From the sequence record NC_047995.1: DNA of 64,000 nucleotides. One strand, given 5' to 3'. The notes below the pieces were generated by a model. That model searched no databases. It saw only the letters and a list, made by a program, of their open reading frames with translations, and was not told the DNA's origin. Below, piece after piece: positions 37,340 through 45,726 of the stretch (positions within the stretch are counted from its first letter, which is position 1; every line of letters starts with the position of its first letter). Position numbers and translations under genes: made by a program.

Positions 37340-37741
37340 ATGGCCAAGCATCATACCTTTCGCCTGAATGACATGTGCGCCATATTGTCGAAGCGTGGCG
37401 TGTTCGGTCCACAGCAAGGCGAGCACGTTATCGTCGTGGGCCGTCATCCTGGACTGAATGAGTACACGGTGCACTACGTCAACGGTCTGTACGGTTGGTT
37501 CAAGGCAGAAGACCTTGTGCTGGTCAAACACGACGCCCACGAACAACTTGAGTTGTGGGAAGACGCATATAACGCTCGATGTGCCGTAGCAGACTTCTTT
37601 GATGAAGCGGCTGAGATTGAAGCAATCGACAAAAAGCTCGACCGTGTAGAAGACGGCTGCTGCTCTGAGTGTGGTATAAAACTCGACCCAGATATTGACG
37701 GGCCGTTCATGTGCTTGGCCTGTGAAGACGAAGAGGAATAA
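37340..37741 (+). CDS. SH3-like domain (shared with radical SAM N-terminus) + Zn ribbon
   Basis: HTFRL.D..IVVGR..EY..H..W...E.L.L..H..E.L..WE..Y; CSECG...CLAC. Confidence 0.7.
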   Translation: MAKHHTFRLNDMCAILSKRGVFGPQQGEHVIVVGRHPGLNEYTVHYVNGLYGWFKAEDLVLVKHDAHEQLELWEDAYNARCAVADFFDEAAEIEAIDKKLDRVEDGCCSECGIKLDPDIDGPFMCLACEDEEE

Positions 37742-37744
37742 AAA

Positions 37745-38008
37745 ATGGCTGTAGGCTTCGTAAAAGATGATGGCGTTAACGATACCATCGAAGCTAACTT
37801 GAATAACGAGATTGACCGCGCTCGCTCTGAATTGATGGGCAAAGGTACAACTCATTGCGTCAACCCTGACTGTGGTGCGGAGATTCCTCTCATGCGCCGT
37901 GTAGCGATGCCGAATGCTCGCTACTGCTTACCTTGCCAGTCAGGTCATGATGGTTCTGCTATCAGTCATTACAATCGTCGTGGCTCAAAAGATTCTCAAC
38001 TGAGGTAG
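37745..38008 (+). CDS. TraR/DksA C4 zinc-finger protein
   Basis: N-terminal DDGVND, C...CG.EIP..RR.A.P.A.YC..CQ. Confidence 0.88.
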   Translation: MAVGFVKDDGVNDTIEANLNNEIDRARSELMGKGTTHCVNPDCGAEIPLMRRVAMPNARYCLPCQSGHDGSAISHYNRRGSKDSQLR

Positions 38009-38013
38009 AAACA

Positions 38014-38196
38014 ATGATGCTCGCTGGAGTTATAGTCTTGGGCATTATCGGTGCGCTCCTGATTATCATATGCGCCGTGCGTTCGGTCAAAAGCAATAAA
38101 CACGAACGCCCTATGTACCAGTTCATGCTTTTCGTTTTGATCATGTTTTCTGTGGTCTACGTTATCGTACTTGTGGAGGCAATCAATGCTGCATAA
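38014..38196 (+). CDS. Small membrane protein (2 TM)
   Basis: Two hydrophobic helices, 60 aa. Confidence 0.65.
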   Translation: MMLAGVIVLGIIGALLIIICAVRSVKSNKHERPMYQFMLFVLIMFSVVYVIVLVEAINAA

Positions 38197-38503
38197 ACTT
38201 TGGGTAGCTATGGGACTACAGTTCCCTACAGTTGAGGATGCAATGCGTAGTCGCCAGAAGTGTACACGCATTGGGTATCGTAACTACTGCGTGAAGACTA
38301 AGGGCGCTTTTGCCGAAGCATTCACAGACCATCTGCACCAGCATCGCTATGATACGCTCGCGCTGTCTCATAAAGAAGACTTGCATGAGGAAGTGCTGCG
38401 TAAGGCAGAACGCATAGACTATCCGTGCGTTGTTTTCTTCAATGAAAAGTCATTCAGCACGATTGTCGTTGACGACCCTAACATGGAGTACCCTGTACAA
38501 TGA
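38186..38503 (+). CDS. Hypothetical protein
   Basis: GGAGG RBS before ATG 38186. Confidence 0.65.
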   Translation: MLHKLWVAMGLQFPTVEDAMRSRQKCTRIGYRNYCVKTKGAFAEAFTDHLHQHRYDTLALSHKEDLHEEVLRKAERIDYPCVVFFNEKSFSTIVVDDPNMEYPVQ

Positions 38504-39066
38504 AGCCGAACAAATGGAAAGTGAAGTTCACGCAGATCGACAAGCCCACTAACACGTTCACTGCGACGTATACCAGCAAGGCTGAATTTGAAAAGTGGGC
38601 GAAGCTGCATAGCGATAACGGTTTCACCGTAGAAATCGTGGCCTCGGTTGTTGTTGAGATCCCCGTTGCGTCGTGGACGTACCCAGCGCAGCCTGATCTC
38701 AAAGAAGCTCCGAAGCTCTTCCACGTCAAGCATTACTCGTCCGACGAATGGCCGTCACTTATTGGCGTTGGTCAATACTTCCACGTTGAAGCTGATCGTG
38801 ATGAAGTTGAAGACTTCGCGGAGTTGCTTAACAGAACCATTCATGCAGCGCGCCTGTATGTTGACCCTGATGTGACGTACACCGTCGAAGGCTTCATCTC
38901 CACTCGCGGTGATTGGGTGCCTATAAAGTCTTGCATGACGTGCGAGCATGAAGTGGACGAACTGCTTAAACAGTTGCGCATACCACCTAAAGGGTTACCT
39001 AACCCTGCTACTTCATTCCGTGTTGTACGTGTGACACGCGAGCCTGGTCCTGAATTAGGAGTGTGA
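38500..39066 (+). CDS. Hypothetical protein
   Basis: ATGA overlap, 188 aa. Confidence 0.7.
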   Translation: MKPNKWKVKFTQIDKPTNTFTATYTSKAEFEKWAKLHSDNGFTVEIVASVVVEIPVASWTYPAQPDLKEAPKLFHVKHYSSDEWPSLIGVGQYFHVEADRDEVEDFAELLNRTIHAARLYVDPDVTYTVEGFISTRGDWVPIKSCMTCEHEVDELLKQLRIPPKGLPNPATSFRVVRVTREPGPELGV

Positions 39067-39305
39067 CTATGACTGATGAAGAATATCAACGCTTCCTCCA
39101 ACGTATCGCTGAACGTGGTGCAGCGCGTATGACACCAGAAGAGATGGAGAGTCTGCGCTTCAAGGCACGGGTCAATCAGCCGCAACGTCCACTGCCTGAT
39201 TCGCACACGATGCCTGACCCGAAGTACGATACGCACAAGATTGACCCGAGCACTGATATGATTGTCGGGGATATCAAACACCACTTTCCACCGAAAGGTA
39301 ATTGA
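39063..39305 (+). CDS. Hypothetical protein
   Basis: AGGAG RBS, 80 aa. Confidence 0.65.
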   Translation: MTMTDEEYQRFLQRIAERGAARMTPEEMESLRFKARVNQPQRPLPDSHTMPDPKYDTHKIDPSTDMIVGDIKHHFPPKGN

Positions 39306-39306
39306 A

Positions 39307-39435
39307 ATGTCAGAACCGTATTCTAAATGTGAAGACTGTCGTACACCTCTGAAAGAAGATGAAGTGTACGGCGAAACGGTAGACCTGTGCGAGAACTGCT
39401 GTGCTGATCGTGAAGACGAAGGGGAGTCAACGTGA
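39307..39435 (+). CDS. Small Zn-ribbon protein (42 aa; not in ORF track)
   Basis: MSEPYSKCEDCRTPLKEDEVYGETVDLCENCCADREDEGEST; AAGG RBS; stop overlaps next GTG. Confidence 0.6.
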   Translation: MSEPYSKCEDCRTPLKEDEVYGETVDLCENCCADREDEGEST

Positions 39436-39761
39436 AGAAAGTAACAAATGCAGTAAATGCAGTACATGGTAAGAGTGTCATCCCAATCTTCTTCGGTGAA
39501 GACGAAACGCCGTACATCGGCAAAGCATTCTGGGATAGCCTATGCTTGCGTGATGATCTGTTCATTGAACCTGAAACACAACAGGTGCTGCATGAAGACG
39601 AGCGCGTAAATAGAACTGAGTTCATCCGCGTGTCTACATTCCCTGATGTGATTAAGGCCCTGCACCGTTGCCGTACCTACATCCGTTACTTTGAGTATAT
39701 CAGTGACGAAGACATTGACGACCTGAGTGAAGCTCTTAGCCACTGGGTAAAAGGAGAGTGA
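39432..39761 (+). CDS. Hypothetical protein
   Basis: GGGGAG RBS, GTG start. Confidence 0.65.
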   Translation: MKKVTNAVNAVHGKSVIPIFFGEDETPYIGKAFWDSLCLRDDLFIEPETQQVLHEDERVNRTEFIRVSTFPDVIKALHRCRTYIRYFEYISDEDIDDLSEALSHWVKGE

Positions 39762-39762
39762 G

Positions 39763-40431
39763 ATGAACTCTATCATAAAATTCCTCATGGACGAGGACGA
39801 GGTGCAAGACGCACTGACCGCATATCGCACTGACCCTACCGATGAAAACAAACGTCGTGTGATTGAAACTCTCTTACGCGAAGGCAATCATGCCCAAGCC
39901 ACTATGCAACTCACGGACGGTCTGGTTGAAGCGCCTGCTAAACAACCTCATCGTTTTGTTTTGATACCTAGCGTTGATTCGCTTAAAAGCCTTGTGGCGG
40001 TACCTGCAGGCAAAAGAAGTTATGGCTGGGAACCTCGTCCTGACGATATGATGTTAGCTGTTGCGAAACAGGCCTCAGCCGTAGCCGATCATGTGCATAA
40101 GCTAGGTGGCTCCGCTGCATATGTCCGCTTCACGGCCACTGAATGGCACACCGCGTTAGGCGACACGGGCCTTAATCGTTTGCTCCGTGAAATGAAAATC
40201 GTCTTGCTGGAAACTGAAAGTCTGGACGCTATTGCTGACTCAATGGCAAAACTGATTCGTATCGTCGGCAACATGACTGACATGGCTTACTCAATCCGAC
40301 TGATTCGCCAGATGTATGCAGTCGCCGAGAACAGACATGACGCCACCGTAACCAAAGCATTGATTGCAATGGTAGACACAACCATGACGCAGAACATGCC
40401 TATCGTCGATAAGGAGAATGCGGATGATTGA
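39763..40431 (+). CDS. Hypothetical protein
   Basis: AGGAG RBS, 222 aa. Confidence 0.7.
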   Translation: MNSIIKFLMDEDEVQDALTAYRTDPTDENKRRVIETLLREGNHAQATMQLTDGLVEAPAKQPHRFVLIPSVDSLKSLVAVPAGKRSYGWEPRPDDMMLAVAKQASAVADHVHKLGGSAAYVRFTATEWHTALGDTGLNRLLREMKIVLLETESLDAIADSMAKLIRIVGNMTDMAYSIRLIRQMYAVAENRHDATVTKALIAMVDTTMTQNMPIVDKENADD

Positions 40432-40834
40432 GTTACGTCTGGAATTAGATGCAGCCTTGATTAGAGATTTGTTGGACTATGCAGATCTCAATGGACTCAG
40501 CCCGACAGATGCGGTTTTGCATATGATGCGCCAGAGTTTGGTTAAGTCTGACTCGACCAAAACCCTTTCCGAAGAGACACGCGATTCTTATATAGGAAAG
40601 ATGCTTGCCTATACCCCTAGTCTTAGACAAGAATTGCAGTGCTCTGCAATCTTTCAACGGGCTACAGGAATCGAGTGGAAAGATTTGAATGCGAATGACC
40701 GCAAGTCACTTGGTCGCCAGTTTCGAAAAGCAGTGCTTGGCGGTAGTGCGGCCTGGTCGCCTATTACCGGCCGCACTCAAAATGGTCATGCCCTGTATGA
40801 GCATAGGAAGACAAATACAGACCTTCCTTCTTAA
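40418..40834 (+). CDS. RHH-like N-terminus + DUF1413-like domain protein
   Basis: IELRLELD..L...L..YA...GLS....V; F....G.EW..L....RKSLGRQFRKAV. Confidence 0.5.
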   Translation: MRMIELRLELDAALIRDLLDYADLNGLSPTDAVLHMMRQSLVKSDSTKTLSEETRDSYIGKMLAYTPSLRQELQCSAIFQRATGIEWKDLNANDRKSLGRQFRKAVLGGSAAWSPITGRTQNGHALYEHRKTNTDLPS

Positions 40835-40842
40835 CTGTAAAC
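40835..40842 (+). promoter_or_regulatory. CTGTAAAC motif
   Basis: Immediately after stop, 30 nt before ATG 40873. Confidence 0.4.
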
Positions 40843-40872
40843 TAACAGAAGACAAGAACTAGGACGAATAAA

Positions 40873-41235
40873 ATGATCCGACAAATTCCTAAGCAGCATA
40901 TCGACAAGCAGCCTGAGCCAAACATCGAAAGTTACGCGGCTGTGTGTAACCTTGAAAACTACACGGCCGTAGTTCGTGGTAAGTGGAAGTTGGTTCGTGG
41001 TACAGACGCGAGTGGTAACTTCACCGTAGTCCTCGTAGGGCCACACGCTGTCACGTCGAACCTTGTAGGCATCCAGATTCTAATGGCCGCTGGCTTCTCT
41101 GACGTAGACGCGATGTTTGCGTTGGGCGTTAATCATATCGAATATAAAGGTTGGCTCAAACAACAACGCAACCGCAACAAGACAGCCAAAGCACAACCAC
41201 GCATGGGCAACACCTGCGCCCTCGACGATCTTTAA
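40873..41235 (+). CDS. Hypothetical protein
   Basis: AGGA RBS, 120 aa. Confidence 0.7.
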   Translation: MIRQIPKQHIDKQPEPNIESYAAVCNLENYTAVVRGKWKLVRGTDASGNFTVVLVGPHAVTSNLVGIQILMAAGFSDVDAMFALGVNHIEYKGWLKQQRNRNKTAKAQPRMGNTCALDDL

Positions 41236-41244
41236 GGAACAGCA

Positions 41245-41754
41245 ATGAAACAGTTATTCGTAGGTAGTCACCCAAACACCGTGAAGTTCTCTGACCTCGA
41301 CGGTCGTGATCGCGTCTGTGAGATTCGTGTTATGATTGCATCGGCGTATACAACTCTGCGTGATGCTATCGGTGAGCAGGCAAAAGATGAAGCGAACGTC
41401 TTCCACGGGCCGTGGCTTGTGTTCCGCAATCTCATGAACGAACACCCTGCTGCCTGTCTGGAGGAGTACCGTCACGCAGCAATCTACTTTGACGCAGACA
41501 CCGATGAAAAGATCACTGAGATCTGTGAACTGATTGAACAGCACATCGAACTGACTCGCCAGTCGATCAATCTGAAAGGCGCACATCCGCATCAGGCTGA
41601 TGCTATGGTCGGGATCGCAAGCACTGCTGGTAAAATGGAAACGACTGTTATGCAGGGAGCGGGCAAGACGCGCGGTTCTGACCCGAGCCAGAACTTCGAT
41701 TTTGATATCGGCGACGACCAGGCGGCTGGCGATGAAAACTTTGCGTTTCGTTAA
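41245..41754 (+). CDS. Hypothetical protein
   Basis: AAGGA RBS, 169 aa. Confidence 0.7.
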   Translation: MKQLFVGSHPNTVKFSDLDGRDRVCEIRVMIASAYTTLRDAIGEQAKDEANVFHGPWLVFRNLMNEHPAACLEEYRHAAIYFDADTDEKITEICELIEQHIELTRQSINLKGAHPHQADAMVGIASTAGKMETTVMQGAGKTRGSDPSQNFDFDIGDDQAAGDENFAFR

Positions 41755-41935
41755 ACTCTACTGGCGCGAAGTGATGATACTGGTTGTATTGATTGTCATC
41801 GCTATCGCTCTGCCTTTTCTTGAAGTACGCAACCCGACGTTGGTGATGCTTGTCGCTGTTATCGTTGCCGCGTACTTCCTTGCTACTTGGGCGTGTAAGC
41901 CTGTATATGGATCTGATGATGACAAAGAAGAATGA
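41732..41935 (+). CDS. Small membrane protein (2 TM)
   Basis: Two hydrophobic helices and acidic tail; start uncertain. Confidence 0.55.
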   Translation: MKTLRFVKLYWREVMILVVLIVIAIALPFLEVRNPTLVMLVAVIVAAYFLATWACKPVYGSDDDKEE

Positions 41936-42473
41936 AATCAAACTAAGCGATGCCGATATTTCGACTGGTATCGTCTGCATCAACGAAGCGCTGGCGAAAC
42001 ATGGTCTGTCGTGTGCGTTAGGCGACGTTGGTTACGAAACTGTGTACACTGACGAAAGCGGTGAGACACAAGGCGGCTGGTACGCTGAGTTCGATAAGAA
42101 GTCCCGTGAGAAGCTGCGCGAATCTAAGCAGGTGCACTGGCGCAATACGGGAATGCTTGGGGGTGATACGATTGACGAGATTCTCAAAACAATCGCGGGC
42201 CTCAAGTTCCGTAACCACGACAAAGAGCCAACGCCGTTGCAGTTGAAGAAAGCAGAGACTGCCCTAAGCAAAGAAGAAGCGACTAAGAAAGCGCTGGGTG
42301 TCTATAACTCGGCACTGCCTCTGTCTGACGCTGACCTCAAGCTGTGTATCGATCACTTCCGTACGCTGGAGAAGATGATTCGAATCGACCCGATGTTGAA
42401 GCTCGCGCAGCCTTACGTTGTGAACAATCTTTATCAACTCGAAAACTATTTACACGCACGTAAGTGTAAGTAA
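41919..42473 (+). CDS. Hypothetical protein
   Basis: Track ORF 41850-42473; start refined. Confidence 0.65.
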   Translation: MTKKNEIKLSDADISTGIVCINEALAKHGLSCALGDVGYETVYTDESGETQGGWYAEFDKKSREKLRESKQVHWRNTGMLGGDTIDEILKTIAGLKFRNHDKEPTPLQLKKAETALSKEEATKKALGVYNSALPLSDADLKLCIDHFRTLEKMIRIDPMLKLAQPYVVNNLYQLENYLHARKCK

Positions 42474-42528
42474 TCAACATGGGAGGTCCTTAGCGGGATC
42501 TCCCTCTGTCATTTCTGGAGCAAATTTC

Positions 42529-43509
42529 ATGCGATTCGGTTTCGCCTGCAAGCTGATTAACCAACAAGGTAAACAGCCATACCCAAACAAGAGTCTAAGC
42601 TACTCACACTTTGCAAAGCTCGACCGTGACGCACAACGCCAGAAACTTCGTGAAGTGGTGACTGTTAATCTGACTTCGCTGTATGACATGATCGCACACG
42701 TAGGTCAGTTGCGTACCGACATGCGCATGTTCCGTATCACAAGCGAATTGCTTCCACTGTATACTCACCCACTCGTCATGCCGCTGTATAACGAACCCGA
42801 CCTGTGTAAGTTTGTCGAACACTGGCTGTGGAAATGCGGTGGAATTGCTCGTGGTGCTGGCGTGAGACTTTCATTTCACCCAGGGCAATTCACGGTGCTC
42901 GCGTCCGATCGACCTGACGTTGTGCTCAACTCAATCCACGAACTTGAGTACCATGCGTACTGTGCCTATCACATGGGATATGGTCGACGCTTCCAAGACT
43001 TCAAGATCAACATTCACCTGAGCGGTAGACTTGGTGCTGCGGGATTCAGACAGGCATTCGGAAAACTTTCTGAGCCTTGCCGAAAGATGTTGACCGTAGA
43101 GAATGACGAAATCACTTCGAGCATTGAGGACGTCCTGACTCTTTCAGACCTGTGTCCGATAGTGCTGGATATTCATCATCACTGGGTAATGACTAACGAG
43201 TACATACAGCCGACCGATGATCGTGTGCAGCAAGTCATAGAGTCGTGGCGCGGCGTAACACCCGTCGCGCATTACTCTGTGTCCCGTCCTGAGTTCGTAC
43301 CGTCACGCGGGCTGCCTGATCAAAACAAGCTGTCTGCTAATCGTATGCAGTTACGTGCCCATGCTGAATACTATCACAATGAAGACGTAAACGAGTGGGC
43401 GCTTTCGTTCGCTGATTTTGACCTAATGTGCGAGTCAAAAGCGAAGAATCTAGCGAGACTGAAATTGGCGTGTTTTAGCCGCAACTCTGCAAATAAATGG
43501 ACAAAATGA
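42529..43509 (+). CDS. uvsE: UV damage endonuclease (UvdE/UvsE)
   Basis: MRFGFAC, MFRITSELLP, RLSFHPGQF.VL.S, INIH, LTVEND, P.VLDIHHH, H.S, R.HA.Y, DLMCESKAKN. Confidence 0.92.
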   Translation: MRFGFACKLINQQGKQPYPNKSLSYSHFAKLDRDAQRQKLREVVTVNLTSLYDMIAHVGQLRTDMRMFRITSELLPLYTHPLVMPLYNEPDLCKFVEHWLWKCGGIARGAGVRLSFHPGQFTVLASDRPDVVLNSIHELEYHAYCAYHMGYGRRFQDFKINIHLSGRLGAAGFRQAFGKLSEPCRKMLTVENDEITSSIEDVLTLSDLCPIVLDIHHHWVMTNEYIQPTDDRVQQVIESWRGVTPVAHYSVSRPEFVPSRGLPDQNKLSANRMQLRAHAEYYHNEDVNEWALSFADFDLMCESKAKNLARLKLACFSRNSANKWTK

Positions 43510-43542
43510 GGCTTGTTTCTGTTGGTTACCCTGTGATACACT
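43489..43542 (+). promoter_or_regulatory. Early promoter class A, copy 5 (box inside uvsE 3' end)
   Basis: GCAAATAAATGGACAAAAT-5-TTGTTT-18-TACACT. Confidence 0.75.
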
Positions 43543-43593
43543 GTTTATGAGCGCTTTAGCTCGTTTTATGACTAGACAGAAGGAAATAAGACA

Positions 43594-43896
43594 ATGTTCA
43601 CAACTACAACCATCGCTAAGAAAGCAAGCTCCATTCAGTCCGCCAACCGTGCGTTCGGCATTAGTGGTGTCACGCCGAGCAATCGTATCTCTTGTATCTG
43701 GCCAGGCGCTCTGGATATTCCTGCTGATATTAAACGTTGGTGCCGTGCAAACGAAATCACCAACGACCTTGACGCTTACATGCGTGTTCGTTTCAAGGGT
43801 CGCCGTGCAGACATTCTGAATTTGGTTGCTCGTCACCTTGCACCAAACAATCCTGACATGGCGGTTCGTATTCTTGCAACTATCACTGAGGCCTAA
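43594..43896 (+). CDS. Hypothetical early protein
   Basis: AAGGA RBS, 100 aa. Confidence 0.7.
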   Translation: MFTTTTIAKKASSIQSANRAFGISGVTPSNRISCIWPGALDIPADIKRWCRANEITNDLDAYMRVRFKGRRADILNLVARHLAPNNPDMAVRILATITEA

Positions 43897-43897
43897 A

Positions 43898-44161
43898 ATG
43901 AAAGTCCAATCTATGGAAGCTGTATATGGTGCTCAATACACCAACACTCCGAATACGGAGAAACGCGGCTTTCGTTCTATCGAATCGCAGTACGTCGATG
44001 GAACGGAGGTTAGATTACAACGTCTAGCACATGATGTACATGAACGTGTGGTTGTGGGTTATGACCGTTTTGGTCGTCCTGTGTACGGAACACGCGTACC
44101 GCAATCAACGTTCGAAGTGCGTGACAGCAAGGAAAGCGAACCGAATAAGACGGCGCCCTAG
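43898..44161 (+). CDS. Hypothetical protein
   Basis: GAGG RBS before ATG 43898. Confidence 0.6.
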   Translation: MKVQSMEAVYGAQYTNTPNTEKRGFRSIESQYVDGTEVRLQRLAHDVHERVVVGYDRFGRPVYGTRVPQSTFEVRDSKESEPNKTAP

Positions 44162-44236
44162 CAAGCTCACAACCAGAAGCCATAGAATAACAAACAATAA
44201 ATTCATGCGCTGACCTAATCGTGGGGTGTCTTAAAA

Positions 44237-44614
44237 ATGATCGTTATATGTAATAGCTCAAAAGAATTTTCAGCCGATCGCTTGGCTCATGGTGACGCAT
44301 TTGTTTTTGGGAAGACTCGCATGTTGTTACGTGCGGACTTCATCGTCCTGACCGACAAAAACAGTGTGATCACTGTAGTACGCAAATCTGATGTTGTCTG
44401 GGCTCCCGAGCTTACGGGCGCAACGCATGTGATTAAAATCCGGGCGTTCGCCCAGATTAAGCCTTTTGAACTCAACGCAGCATGTCCGCAGTTTAACAGT
44501 CGTGTGTTTGGAACAATCGCGTTCCGTAACCCGCACTTCGAGCACCGTCTTGGTAGCTTGAAATATGTAGAGACAATCTTCGGAGGTTTACATGGCACGG
44601 TATCATGTGTTTAG
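44237..44614 (+). CDS. Hypothetical protein
   Basis: GGGG RBS, 125 aa. Confidence 0.6.
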   Translation: MIVICNSSKEFSADRLAHGDAFVFGKTRMLLRADFIVLTDKNSVITVVRKSDVVWAPELTGATHVIKIRAFAQIKPFELNAACPQFNSRVFGTIAFRNPHFEHRLGSLKYVETIFGGLHGTVSCV

Positions 44615-44843
44615 TGCGACTCATAAATACTTTGGCGAAGCGTATGAAGGTACGTGGCTGAAAGAGATCACTCTCAACGGCCATCAAGTCCTCAGCGCCG
44701 AGTTCCCCAACTTCGAGGCAGCGAAAGAATGCGCCGACAAGTTGCATGATGTTTGCGATATAGGGTGGATCGTATATAACGCTTTCTCCGAACGCGCTAT
44801 GTATGACACCCGTACTGAACAAGGCGAGTCTGTAAACAACTAA
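44592..44843 (+). CDS. Hypothetical protein
   Basis: GGAGG RBS, 83 aa. Confidence 0.7.
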   Translation: MARYHVFSATHKYFGEAYEGTWLKEITLNGHQVLSAEFPNFEAAKECADKLHDVCDIGWIVYNAFSERAMYDTRTEQGESVNN

Positions 44844-44852
44844 CAGGCCCGC

Positions 44853-44860
44853 CTGTAAAT
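44853..44860 (+). promoter_or_regulatory. CTGTAAAT motif (second copy CTGTAAAC at 44830-44837)
   Basis: Intergenic, 54 nt before secreted-protein gene. Confidence 0.4.
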
Positions 44861-44914
44861 CCCTAATCGTGATGCTTACGGGCTTCACACAAATCCATAA
44901 TACGAGGCTTCAAA

Positions 44915-45424
44915 ATGAAATTCACTGCAATCGCTATCGCTCTGGTTATGTCTGCTTCCGCTTCTGCTGCCAACTTCGTGGCTCCTGCCCCTACTGCTGG
45001 CATGAAGTCTTCTGGCATGACTATCAGCGACAAGCTGGACGATAGCTGCAAGCAGAAACTCAATCAGGCGATTGACTTGCGTCACTCTGTGATTGACTTC
45101 GCTGTGTCGAAAGATGCTATCGACACTGTGGCTGCTTGGCCTCTGGTGTGTTCTCCTACAGTTGAGTCTGCGTCTGTCACTGTTGAGCGCATTGGTGCGG
45201 ATATCACAATCACCTACGTCAACAAAGACAAGTCACTGGCCAACCTGAGCCTCGTATTGCAGCGCGTAGAGTCCACTACTGAGGACGATGCACCTGCGTA
45301 TCAGGTTGTTCAGATCGGTGACCTGAATGCTATGGGTTACTCTGAACAAAACGTTGTGAAAGAGTGGCTGCTCGATTGCTATGCGGCCACTGTGCAAGAC
45401 AACATGGCGATGGCTAAGAACTAA
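44915..45424 (+). CDS. Secreted/periplasmic protein with Sec signal peptide
   Basis: MKFTAIAIALVMSASASA-A signal with AxA cleavage site. Confidence 0.7.
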   Translation: MKFTAIAIALVMSASASAANFVAPAPTAGMKSSGMTISDKLDDSCKQKLNQAIDLRHSVIDFAVSKDAIDTVAAWPLVCSPTVESASVTVERIGADITITYVNKDKSLANLSLVLQRVESTTEDDAPAYQVVQIGDLNAMGYSEQNVVKEWLLDCYAATVQDNMAMAKN

Positions 45425-45726
45425 TGACGCAAAAGAAACTTGCTGTCTTCCACTCGAAGAACAAGATGTTTAAGGCCATGTCCCAGAATGAAGATTGGCA
45501 AGTCTTCAAGGACATGCTGCTTAACTTGCGTCTGGCCGTTGCTGTTGACCCACGTCCTGATACTGCTGTGCGTCACTTGGCGCGTACTTGGTTTGACGAG
45601 GGTAAGTATCGCAACCCTACCTGTGATTCAGTGCTGATCAAGTTATCGGCATTGAAGAAAGCTAACCGCACTCTGGAAGAATTGATTGCGCTTTATATTG
45701 ACATTGAGGAAGGAACTGAGAAATGA
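45424..45726 (+). CDS. Hypothetical protein
   Basis: TAATG coupling, 100 aa. Confidence 0.65.
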   Translation: MTQKKLAVFHSKNKMFKAMSQNEDWQVFKDMLLNLRLAVAVDPRPDTAVRHLARTWFDEGKYRNPTCDSVLIKLSALKKANRTLEELIALYIDIEEGTEK

